The notes under the pieces: generated by a model
The model's database searches: none
The model's input: only the letters and a program-made list of their open reading frames with translations
Told to the model about the DNA's origin: nothing
In this document: in pieces, positions 15,791 through 27,110 of the stretch
Layout: the number at the start of each line of letters is the position of its first letter
How positions within the stretch are numbered: the first letter of the stretch is position 1
Program-made: the position numbers and the translations under genes
Assembly (NCBI GenBank): GCA_002269645.1
Contig: NIVC01000380.1
Coordinates: 347,158 to 411,157 of the forward strand
Length of the DNA stretch: 64,000 nt
From: Macrostomum lignano
Taxonomy: Eukaryota
Direction of reading: 5' to 3'

Positions 15791-17027
15791 CAAACACCCC
15801 TACTATGGACAGAGCTTTTTCTTTACTTTTTCTGTAATCTCTCTATCCCAAAATTTATCCAACTCAACACATAGATTTGCAAAACCCCAAAAAATCTCTA
15901 ACCCACACACTTAGCAACCTAAATTCGTGTACAACTAGGGCACTGAGTCCCAGATTTTTAGTGCTTAAAAGCCCCCGCCGTTGCTAACCACGCGTCGGTT
16001 TTATCTGACTGTCTGATAGAAGAATTATAGGAGCTGTAAGAACCTTCGATCGCTAGACCCACATCATAGAAAGTGAGAACACAAACGATAAGGTAACCAG
16101 AAGAAATAGAGATAAACTGAAGTGATAGTGTGCCAGCAGATCCCTTTTAGATTCCTTTGGGATGCCAAAGCAAATTATCCGTTTATTTTTTTATTGAAGC
16201 TTGTACTACATTACTGTAATGCAAGAAGATGAGCTCCTGGAAAGAACCGTAAAGCGAGTCTTATTAAGGAAGTAGCTGCAATCTGCACAAAATAATTTCG
16301 AGTATTGTTTGCATTGAATCCTGGCTTATGACTATGACCGACGAGGCTTAGTCTACAGCGAAGTACACCATGAAATACTTGGCTCCAAATGCCTTTCTCC
16401 GTCTGGACCTTCGCAGGCTGAATTCCCTCCTTAAACTTTGCAGCTTACTTGCTAATTAGGATATATTTGTTTTACCACCTACAAAGCAGCGGTTTTAACC
16501 CATAACTAAAAAGATACCATTCCCTTATGGCAATGTCGCTAGACTCTGTACTCTGAGAATGGGCGTACCTTAAACAATGCTTTATCCACGACTTTACATA
16601 AAATTTTTCTGTTATATAAAATTACATAAAAATCTATTTACATCATCTGTTCCTTTTGTCATTGGCATTGATTTCTTAAGCAAGACATCATGCTCGACAA
16701 TTTTCATCTAAAAGTCTTTCCTTACTTTTAAAAAGTAATGAAAGTTACTAAAAATACAAACGTAAATCTCATATAAATGAAATAATGACTCCAAAGTTCT
16801 AAATACGAGTGGGGTGGTCACAAAAGTAGTGTCGCTTTGCTTTCCATCATGATTCTGATGGGCTGCTAGAAATGAATTATGTTAGCTCTCTAGGGTTAAA
16901 AGTCCCATTGTTTCGTGTGCTAAAGATTTACACAGACGTAAAGTCCACTACGACTCTGGGTAGAAGCAAGTATTGGTGGAGATGAGGCAGCACAGACTTG
17001 TAGAGCACAAGCGACTGAGATTTATTA

Positions 17028-18555
17028 ATGTCACGGACGCGAGTATTAATTCACTCTGCAGAAGGGCAACGACACGCCACATTCACCCTTAGGAATCTTG
17101 GTCAAAAGTGCCCAGAGACCCATGGGAATCTGATTTGCGTCCAACCAGAACAAGAACGGTCTACCGGTGGATGGAGCAGTTTGAGGCTGGTCGACAAAGT
17201 GTGTGTGAGGCCATCTTGCCCGAGTGGACGCCCCAGGACATCCGCATCAAAAGACCTGCCTGACAGCATTTTGGATTTGCTGGAAAAGGATCCCCGCTAC
17301 ACAATCAGGCAGATTGCTGGCAGACTGGATGCCACCAGGTCCTGCGTACACCGCTGCATAACAGACAGCATGGGACAGGTGAAGTTGAGTGCCCGTTGCG
17401 TCCCGCGGCTCCTGACTGAGGACCTGAAAGCACAACGTGTAGAGGTCTGCAAGTCAAACAAGCATCAGGCCGAGCACCATGAGCTTTAGGGAGCAAATTG
17501 TCACTGGTGACGAGACGTGGATTCCCCACTTCGCTCCTCTCACCAAGTCGCAATCAATGGTCTGGACAATCAAGGGATCCGATCCGATAGAAGCACGGCC
17601 ACAATTCCAGAAGGTAATGGCTTTGGTCTTCTTCGACTGTCCTGGTCCATTGATGATTGACTTCCAGGAGCCCAACACGGCAGTGAAATCTGACCGTTAC
17701 ATGCAAGCCCTTACCAGACTGCGTCGCGACATCAGTAATAGGAGACGCTCTGGTCGACAGCCCTGCTGTTGCTCCATGACGTAAAGTCCACATATATTGT
17801 CACAAACTCGACAAAGATGGATGATTGACAAGGAGCGCTGGCGGGTCTTGCAGGCTTCGATGACAGAGCGGATGGTGGCAATCTGCTCGGTGGTGGACCT
17901 GCCCGGGCGGAAGCCGCTTTGGTCCTGTGCTCGCCTGCAGTGATGGGGCCGGTGTTGAAGGCTGGAGCGAAGTCCGGGATCGGCAGAAGAAAGAGGCGCA
18001 GTTGGAGCAGGCGCGTTGAGCACCTCGCGGTAGTGGGTGGCCAGCAGGGCCTTGCGTTGCTCGGTGGAATCAGCGCCGACGATGGTGTTGGGCCTGGGCT
18101 TCCTGCCACTCAGCTGGTTGATGGCCCTCCAGGCAGCACTATGGCGGCAGTTGTCAGTAACGAGTTGGATTTAGGTCACAGCCTCTTCGATGAAGGCTTC
18201 AGTCCGCTGCAGCGCATCTACGCTCCATTGACAATGCCAGACCACATACCGCCAAGAGGACCCAGGAGGCCGTAGAGAAGTTGCATTACAACATGTTGCC
18301 ACACCTGCCCTACTCACCAGATTTGGCTCCATCGGATTACGCCTTGTTTCCTCATCTGAAGCAATTGCTGCGCGGGGTCGCGTTTATGAGGTGAGGATCG
18401 GGACTGCAGCATGGACGCTGTTCGCCACATCCTGGTCTACGAGATTTCTCCATAATTCTACGATCGATGCACTCCGCCCCCGATGGCAGAAGTGTGTCCA
18501 GCTGAATGGAAACTACGTTGAGAAGAGGACAACGCCCATGGATGAGGATGAGTAG
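17028..18555 (+). pseudogene. Mariner transposase pseudogene
   Basis: Motifs KLSARCVPRLLT, IVTGDETW, HDNARPH, YSPDLAPSD (34 residues between the 2nd and 3rd D) and RWQKCV..NGNYVEK; frameshifted and interrupted. Confidence 0.92.
17781..18221 (-). mobile_element. Internal RTE-like LINE ORF2 fragment inserted in the mariner
   Basis: AWRAINQLSGRK and QSGFRPGRSTTEQIATIRSVIEACK; flanked by GCTCCATGAC (17771-17780) and GCTCCATTGAC (18222-18232). Confidence 0.8.
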
Positions 18556-19175
18556 TTATGTACCTCGCACTGTATAAAACTATGTCCTTGGCCCAATGCT
18601 AAATCCTTCATCACTTTTTCACTTTTTTCAATTGCAAAAGTTTTGGTGACATTTTGTTAAAGCCGCTATTCAGTAATTATTCCCTGTGTTTCAATTTATG
18701 ATCATGGAAGGTAGTGCAAGCAAATGTGACAATACTTTTTCGAACACCCTTCGTAGTTGCTGTCGATACTTCGTTTTCATTTTTTTCTGAATTTTTTGCA
18801 TTTTTGAATTTCTGAAGACGTTCTGAATTTTTTTAAGAACGCAGAAAATAAAATTCTAGTATTGGAATTGGAGTTTCAACTTCATGAAATTTAAAATAAA
18901 AATGAATTGAAAAACTTCGGAGAAAAACGAAAATTTTAAAATAGAAATGAATTGAAAAACTTGAACGAAAACTTTTAGCCACTCACATTCTAAAATTCAA
19001 TTTCTACGTGGTAGTTGATGTAGGAATTTGCAACGTGGCACAAATTTATTTCAAGAATTTGCATTCGAGCTCTATAAAAGAAAGAGAGGCTCGAGGCTGC
19101 CGAATCAAGTTTTCGACGATCACAGAGAAGTCTAGTAAAACAAACTCTCGAAGCAAAAAAGCAATTGAAGCAATC

Positions 19176-20777
19176 ATGCAGTTTGCAACTCTTGCTCTGT
19201 TCCTTCTTGTTGCGGTTTCAAGCGTCTTCGGAGGTAAGTCTCTATACCCTGGATGGATTAGTATGAATTTAATTGAAATAGTATTAGTCTTATCTTATGT
19301 GTATTTGTATTAAAAATTATACCGGGCTCTGCCTTTACTTTCAGGCTACGTCAGTAAGTGCCTACGCGTCATTCCAAAGCAAAATTGATATTTATTCATA
19401 GATTAATTACTAGCTGAGAGTAAAAATTTACGCATTTATTCAATTTTGGCTTTGCAATTAGGATGTATTTCACTGATTTCGTATTTTAATTCTGGGTATT
19501 TAGTGTGCTATTTTACCAACAATAATCGAGTTCCCATATCTCAATTTCAGATATACCAGGTAAGTATCTACGACTACGAGTATTAACCCCAAAACCTATA
19601 AACAGCTAGGCTAAATAGGCTAGATGTTAAATAGGTGTACGCATTTATAAAGCAAGCATTCTCCAGCTAATTAGATTGAATGCATCTTAATTTGGTCCGT
19701 TATGCCAGGTGACATTTTGACTCGACTCGCTGACTTCCTTGTCCTTTTGAGTCTGTTGTGCATTTGTGCGCTACTTCAGCTTCTCTCTCGTGTTGACCAT
19801 TATCTTCCTCACGCCTTTGCGAGAGTGCCTTACCTTCATAATGCGTCTTGCTTTCTGATGACCATAATTTGTTTCATAGTGAAGCTGCAAAACCAATGCA
19901 TATGCCTGACTATTCGAATCAATAGTTAGCCGCCACAGCGACCACTCCCTGGGCTTCGCAGCGACTAACACTACCTGATATGCGGCCAAGTTGATCTGCT
20001 TGCAGATGTGTTGTGACTCGGTAGCCTTGGAAATTGTATTCATATGTATTTATAATGCACTGGCGTACATTTCCTACCAACAATAATTGAATTTTTACTA
20101 AAAAATTTCAGGAACATATTATAAGGGTTGTTTTTTGCATTTTGAGCATGAAAGTGCTCTAATTAGATTCGCCAAAGAGGACTCCAACATGTTTCTTCGT
20201 TCATGCATTTGGGCATGTCGAGACAGTAAAAAAATATATTTTGGAGTACAAGAAACAAACTGCTATTGCGGAGACCAGATCATATCAGAGCCGATTTTGC
20301 CATCACAGTGCGATCGCAGGTGTCCGGGAAACAACCGGGAAACTTGTGGTGGCAATTTTGGTATGAGTATCTACGAAGTGCCACCTACTACGGCTGTAAT
20401 AGTGCCGGGTAAGTGGACAGCCGTAGCCGTATGATTTATTAGCTGTCAAAAATTTACAGAGTCACACTTTTGTCGTTTTTTCAGCACCGTCAAAGGGATG
20501 TTATTATTATAAAAAAGATTTAGTCTTGGACTTCAAGTTGAAAAAAAATTTTGCGGCTATGAACCAAAGAATGTGTGCTGAAGGCTGCTTGCAATGGTCA
20601 TACAAATATTTTGGTCTAGCAAATGGCAACGAGTGCCACTGTGGCAATAGAATACTGCAAGGAAAAGCAGCGCCTAACAGGCTCTGTAACGCTCGATGCA
20701 AGAAAGGCATGGAAAATGAAACGTGTGGTGGCGCTAAGGCAATGGAAGTATTCAATTTGCTTACTACACATATCTGA
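19176..20777 (+). CDS. Secreted protein with two WSC domains; exons 19176-19233, 19345-19353, 19551-19559, 20112-20408, 20485-20777
   Basis: Signal peptide MQFATLALFLLVAVSSVFG; four GTAAGT...TTCAG phase-1 introns join in frame; two WSC patterns (GC...C..C....YFG....C.CG....C...C.G...TCGG). Confidence 0.85.
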
Positions 20778-22139
20778 GCCGAACAGCTACTGACTAGCTG
20801 GAATTTGACCAAAACTTTAAACACACTATCTAACAGCAGAATGTAAAAGTTCAAGCTCAATAAACATTGTTTAGTGAAAAATCTAAGATCTGCATAAAAA
20901 TTGATGCAATGAAAACTGACTCTGTCATTTCTTACATATTTTGCAACTTACATATCATTACGCCAGGGATAATATGAATTCATTAATGCACAAGAGTTAA
21001 AAACATCAAAATCATCAAACAATTTTCTCGTGCGAGGGAAAGATGAAATGTAAAAGTTTTATAGCAAATTCGGAAGTGGTTGCAAACAAACCGAAGCACA
21101 TTTCTTCTTTCTGAATAACTTAAATCTCGTATATTAACCATCGCCTCGCACTGATAGTCTTTAAGTGAAAGTGGCAGAATATTCAAAGAGGCGCTTTGTC
21201 CATATGGGAAGAAATTGATGTCATTATTATATTCAGAAGCCTTCGAAGCAGCCTTCTCATCACAGTCTTCACTCGCAGCAACACACTTCTCCCATGGCTT
21301 AAGCATTCTTTCATCTTCCCCTGTTGCAACTAACTTGCGATCTTCTGATCTCCGTCGAGCTTTTTTTGATCTGCGAGCTCTGGCCGGTTCTTTGAGCTTA
21401 GAGCTCGCAAGGTTCTCTTTGATCTACTGGCAAGGCCGGCATGTTTTCAGGTATCTTTAGTTTTATGGCTCCAGTTGGATCTGCAAGCAGACCCTGTCAG
21501 TTCTTGTTTTTTTCAGTTCTCCATGGTTGAGTCAGTCGGTTGGGATCTGCCCGTAGAGCCGGCCGGTCTTTCGGACCGAGGTTGGGTTTAGAAAGGTCCC
21601 CGTCCCTAGTTTGAGTGCATTATCCACAGTCGGCTCGAAGCCATGATACAAGTTGATGAGTTACCCACGAGGGCCACGATACCTATCTGGCCGCTCCACC
21701 TGACCAGGCAGGATGCCAAAAAAAGATTCCTCAAGGCTGGCTTGACACCAGAAGGTGGACCACTAGCGACCGGACTACTCCCCGGCCTTCCAGCCTAGCA
21801 GCGCAGAGAACGCCTCAGGCGTTAGAGGGCCGCGTACGTTGGGCAGAACCAAGGCCTGCAAGCCACATACCCCAGTTCGGCCGGAGCTACTGGATGGGTC
21901 GCCAGCACCAGAGACCGAGGGTCTGCCTTGCACACCAGTGGGGAAGAGTTCTCTAAGTTGGCTAACGAAACAGCTTGGGGGAGTCTGCGGCTGCCAGAGA
22001 CAAATAGATGGTGCAGATCTCTCACCAACCTTGACGTGCACAGTAGGGGGGGGGGCGTGAAACATCGCAGACCATAGCCCATAGGCCTAGTGTCTCGTAC
22101 TACAGGGACATTCTGAAACGCCATCAGGGGCCCTCTCAC

Positions 22140-22490
22140 CGATCACCAACCATGAGTCACTTGTGCCCCTCACCGATCACCAACCATGAGTCACATGTGC
22201 CTCTCATCGATCACCAACCATGAGTCACTTGTGCCCCTCACCGATCACCAACCATGAGCTACATGTGCCTCTCACCGATCACAAACCATTAGTCACTTGT
22301 GCCTCTCACCGATCACAAATCATGAGCTACATGTGCCTCTCACCGATCACAAACCATGAGCTACATGTGCCTCTCACCGATCACAAACCATTAGTCACTT
22401 GTGCCTCTAACCGATCACAAACCATAAGTCACTTGTGCCTCTCACCGATCACCAACCATGAGTCACTTTGTGCCTCTCACCGATCACCTA
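22140..22490. repeat. 33-34-bp minisatellite CTCACCGATCACAAACCATGAGCTACATGTGCCT
   Basis: About 10 copies. Confidence 0.92.
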
Positions 22491-22534
22491 CCAAGAGGCG
22501 CTTGTAATTTGGATGCAGAAGGTACCTTGCTATG

Positions 22535-23088
22535 TGTGCAGGTGTTTCAGTGGGTGTCTGCCATGTGTGCAGGTGTTTCAGCGGGTGTCTGCCATGTTTC
22601 CAGGTGTTTCAGCGGGTGTCTGCCATGTGTGCAGGTGTTTCAGTGGGTGTCTGCCATGTGTGCAGGTGTTTCAGCGGGTGTCTGCCATGTTTCCAGGTGT
22701 TTCAGCGGGTGTCTGCCATGTGTGCAGGTGTTTCAGCGGGTGTCTGCCATGTTTCCAGGTGTTTCAGCGGGTGTATGCCATGTGTGCAGGTGTTTCAGCG
22801 GGTGTCTGCCATGTGTGCAGGTGTTTCAGCGGGTGTCTGCCATGTGTACAGGTGTTTCAGCGGGTGTCTGCCATGTGTGCAGGTGTTTCAGCGAGTGTCT
22901 ACACCATGTGTGCAGGTGTTTCAGCGGGTGTCTGCCATGTGTGCAGGTGTTTCAGCGGGTGTCTGCCATGTGTGCAGGTGTTTCAGCGGGTGTATGCCAT
23001 GTGTGCAAGTGTTTCAGCGGGTGTATGCCATGTGTGCAGGTGTTTTAGCGGGTGTATGCCATGTATGCAGGTGTTTCAGCGGGTGTCA
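22535..23088. repeat. 31-bp minisatellite GTGTGCAGGTGTTTCAGCGGGTGTCTGCCAT
   Basis: About 18 copies. Confidence 0.95.
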
Positions 23089-24164
23089 ATCCGGTGTGCA
23101 GTTTACTTTATTTTAAAATGTATCTAGCTATTAGCTCGTAATGAGCACAATAGACCGTTAAACAATAATTAAATTTTGAATTGGATCCATTGCAATTTTT
23201 TTATTTTTGGAATTTGTTTTACGTAAAAGACTTTGGATTCGAAAGTTTTCAAATGATTTGAATGTTTCAACCAAGAGAATGAGAGGTCGGATTACATTTT
23301 TTTCTGAGCGATTTCTTGGAGGTTTTGTCAATGCCCTGAGTGCTTTGAAAATTCAAAAAAGTGAAATGGTAAATACTACCTTTATGGAATTAAAAAAATT
23401 AAAATAAAAACTTTTCAATTTGTAAAGACATTCCTGCGATTCCTGTGATTCCTGCCGTCAATGTGGTCCGCCGACTGCTTGCTTTACTTTTTCATCATTC
23501 CAATATTCACTACCCCCTTGAGGACCCCCTCTTTATTCTGGTTTCCCCTCTATGAACCAGTGCGAGTATTTTATCACCCAAATGCACACACCAAAACCTC
23601 ATTTCGAATTCACAATCTTTTTATTCTTCGCTAATCCAATATTTTCGCTGATACGAGTATATTATAAGCCCGGGCTGACCCGAGGGTCCCTTCCAGACCT
23701 AATCGTTTAAAAAACAGAAAAGACATTCCTAACTGAGTGCAAAAATAGTAAGTTTTTGTCTCTTGATAGTGAAAACAAAACTCAAATAGCTCGTATTATT
23801 CTCACAACTTTCATATGAAGAGATTGGATATGTGAGGGCTCTGCCCCTGCAAAAAAGGGCTAACCCATAGATCTTATATTCCCTAGATAGGCCACTTGTA
23901 TGGCGGCAATAGGGAAAGTGCGACCGCTGTTTTTCGTCCCTTGTGCGAAAAAAGCCGACATGGGTTGCTTCAATTTTGAGTTCAGTAGCTTAGGGACAGG
24001 GACGCTATTTTGAGAATTGAATAAAACTTCTCATGAATTTATTAAACAGCTACTCAATTAAACTAAGAATGATGCAATTCACATGAATTCACTGCAGAGA
24101 CTACTGACTAAATTGAGTTCAGTAGTTGATTTTCGCGCTGTTGCGAGATGAAAAAATTTTCATC

Positions 24165-24611
24165 TCGCCGATTCCTGGTTCGCCGGAATTCCTGATTTGC
24201 CGAAGTTCCTGATTTGCCGAATTCACTATTCGGCCAATTCGTACTACGTCGAATATCTGGTAATGCCTGTAGCCTGTGCTAGCTAATACAATAGATAGGC
24301 CATTCTTTGTTTGAACTTTTTGTACATTTTTGCTTGTTATTTGACTCGGGAATTACGGCGAATCAGGAATCGGCGAATCGGGATTCGGCAAAAGAGGAAT
24401 TTCGGCAAATCGGGAATAGGCAACTCGGGAATTCCGGCGAACCAGGAATCGGCGAATCGGGATTCGGCAAAAGAGGAATTTCCGCAAATAAGGAATTTCG
24501 GCAAATCGGGAATAGGCGACTCGGGAATTCCGGCGAACCAGGAATCAGCGAATCAGGATTCGGCGAGCTGGGAATCGGCAAATCGGGATTCGGCGAATCG
24601 GGGGTAGACCC
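24165..24611. repeat. GAATCGGCGAAT-motif arrays in inverted orientation, MITE-like
   Basis: 24165-24240 is complementary to motifs in 24345-24605; ends in GTAGACCC. Confidence 0.55.
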
Positions 24612-24936
24612 TTGCTAATTGGTTCGGCAATAATGTACATTGGCCAGTCCACTGAAATGTACATGGCCGCTTTAGGCTGGAATTTCCGATAAAGGCAATT
24701 AAAATTGGGGTGGGGCGGGGCTGGGCGGGGTGGGGTGGGACGGGGATGAGCGGGGTGGGGATGGAGTGGAAAGAAAGGCGCGGTTGGTTTTATTGGGGTC
24801 GGGGGGCAAGAGCCAATAAATGAACCTTGACTTTAAAATTAAAAATACATTAAAATGCTTCCGTTTAACTTGCTACTGAACTGAAAGTAGCTTACACGCA
24901 AATGTGCTGAGTGGCCCATCTAGTCTAGTTATTCTA
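24611..24936 (+). repeat. ~300-bp dispersed repeat, copy A
   Basis: CTTGCTAATTGGTTCGGCAATAATGTACATTGG...GAGTGGCCCATCTAGT also occurs at 30050-30330. Confidence 0.85.
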
Positions 24937-25994
24937 GAATCTATGATACAGATCAAATGCTATCAACCTAAAAGTGCCTCTCAGTCTCAACTTAAGCTCA
25001 AAAAGTGGAGCCCGAATAACCAATGTACACAAATGATACGTCATTCTGCTCACAGTGACACCAGGAAGCTGGGTTGGGCAAAAATATTACAAAAAGTTGG
25101 ACCTGGGATAGTTAGGGACAATTAGGGACTGCTCGAAAAAGGAAAAAAAGATAGTAATAACTACTTTTCCCTTTGAAAAATATTAGCTAATTATTTTGGG
25201 AGATAGTCGATTGTAAGTCAACAGCACAAGATTTTAATTTTTATAGGCATAGATATAAGCTAACAACAGAATAATTCAGTTTATTTGTTGGCCAGGTGAG
25301 TTAAATTAATAGCGTCAAAAGTAACCTTATGTGCGCACTTTAATGTTCGTAAATGGACCTAATGCAAAATGTTTTTACAATTGTTGATACAAACCAGCTA
25401 TAGATAATTAATAGATATAGATAGTTAATCTATGAAGTTCGCGTGGAAATGATTGAAAGCGTTTAAATATTAACTGACGCAATATGAAGCTTTTCTGCAA
25501 TTTAATATTTGAAAAGGACTTAACAAAATTGAAATAGTCGAAGGGACAAGACTAATAATATTAACATGTACAAATCTGAAGATAAGCGCTTAATTCATTA
25601 TCTAAGCTAACACATGATATGATAATGACAATACGTGCTAATGTCTATACAATAATACTCAATACTAATGAACAACTCAAAATTTTTTTTATAAAGTTCT
25701 TCACTACTGAAAAATAGCAAAACAATTTAATAACAGGAAAGACAAACAAAATGTTCAACGTGCAGACAGAGAAGTCAACACCTCCATTAAAATCTGCAAT
25801 TAAGTCGACCAACAACAATGAATCTTATTTTAGCAGTGATTTATCCTACGGAGATAGCAATTTCTTTTTTAACGTTAACGAAACAAAGCTAACAGACCTA
25901 AAGACTAGTTCATATTTGTTAGTTGCGACCAAGTTATTAGATAGTCAATAGACAGAACTAGTTATATATTGACTATCTATTAGGACTGCTTGTT

Positions 25995-27020
25995 AGACAG
26001 AGGACCCACTTTCTAAACGCAGGGGCCACTGTTAGACACAGAGGACCACTTTCTAGACACAGAGGACCACTGTTAGACACAGAGGACCACTTTCTAGACA
26101 CAGGGGACCACTGTTAGACACAGATGACCCGATTGTTAGACACAGATGATCCACTTGTTGGACACAGATGACCCGATTGTTAGACACAGATGACCCACTT
26201 GTTGGACACAGATGACCCGATTGTTAGACACAGATGACCCACTTGTTGGACACAGAGGACCCACTTGTTGGACACAGAGGACCCACTTGTTGGACACAGA
26301 TGACCCGATTGTTAGACACAGATGACCCACTTGTTGGACACAGAGGACCCGATTGTTAGACACAGATGACCCACTTGTTGGACACAGAGGACCCGATTGT
26401 TAGACACAGATGACCCGATTGTTAGACACAGATGACCCACTTGTTGGACACAGAGGACCCACTTGTTAGACACAGATGACCCGATTGTTAGACACAGATG
26501 ACCCGATTGTTAGACACAGATGACCCGATTGTTAGACACAGATGACCTGATTGTTAGACACAAAGGACCCCCTTGTTGGACACAGAGGACCACTTTCTAG
26601 ACACAGAGGACCCGATTGTTAGACACAGAGGACCCACTTGTTGGACACAGAGGACCCACTTGTTGGACACAGATGACCCGATTGTTAGACACAGATGACC
26701 CACTTGTTGGACACAGAGGACCCGATTGTTAGACACAGATGACCCACTTGTTGGACACAGAGGACCCGATTGTTAGACACAGATGACCCACTTGTTGGAC
26801 ACAGAGGACCCGATTGTTAGACACAGATGACCCACTTGTTGGACACAGAGGACCCGATTGTTAGACACAGATGACCCACTTGTTGGACACAGAGGACCCG
26901 ATTGTTAGACACAGATGACCCACTTGTTGGACACAGAGGACCCGATTGTTAGACACAGATGACCCACTTGTTGGACACAGAGGACCACTTTCTAGACACA
27001 GAGGCCCAAGTGTCAGACAA
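25995..27020. repeat. 22-bp minisatellite with two alternating variants (GACACAGAGGACCCACTTGTTG / GACACAGATGACCCGATTGTTA)
   Basis: About 45 copies just downstream of SIN1. Confidence 0.95.
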
Positions 27021-27110
27021 AAAAGGACCACTCGCAAGACAACACCCAATTTGAAGATAAGACAAGCGTCTTAGATAAACCACAAGTGTTAGACCAGATA
27101 ATCCCAGTTG

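Larger units (their letters stand above)
16804..18755 (+). mobile_element. Mariner (D,D34D) DNA transposon, degenerate
   Basis: Imperfect TIRs TACGAG..GGTG.TC..AAAAGTA.TGTC (16804) and ...GACAATACTTTTTCGAACACCCTTCGTA (18755), TA at both ends. Confidence 0.85.

Noticed and set aside
19702-20043. Coding-looking ORFs inside WSC intron 3
   Set aside because: No recognisable motif or splice support; possibly a decayed insertion.
20983-22139. GC-richer segment with short ORFs, possibly a retroelement 5' region
   Set aside because: No diagnostic motif, termini or TSD found.
22458-23127. Cys-rich ORFs
   Set aside because: They are translations of the 31-bp minisatellite.
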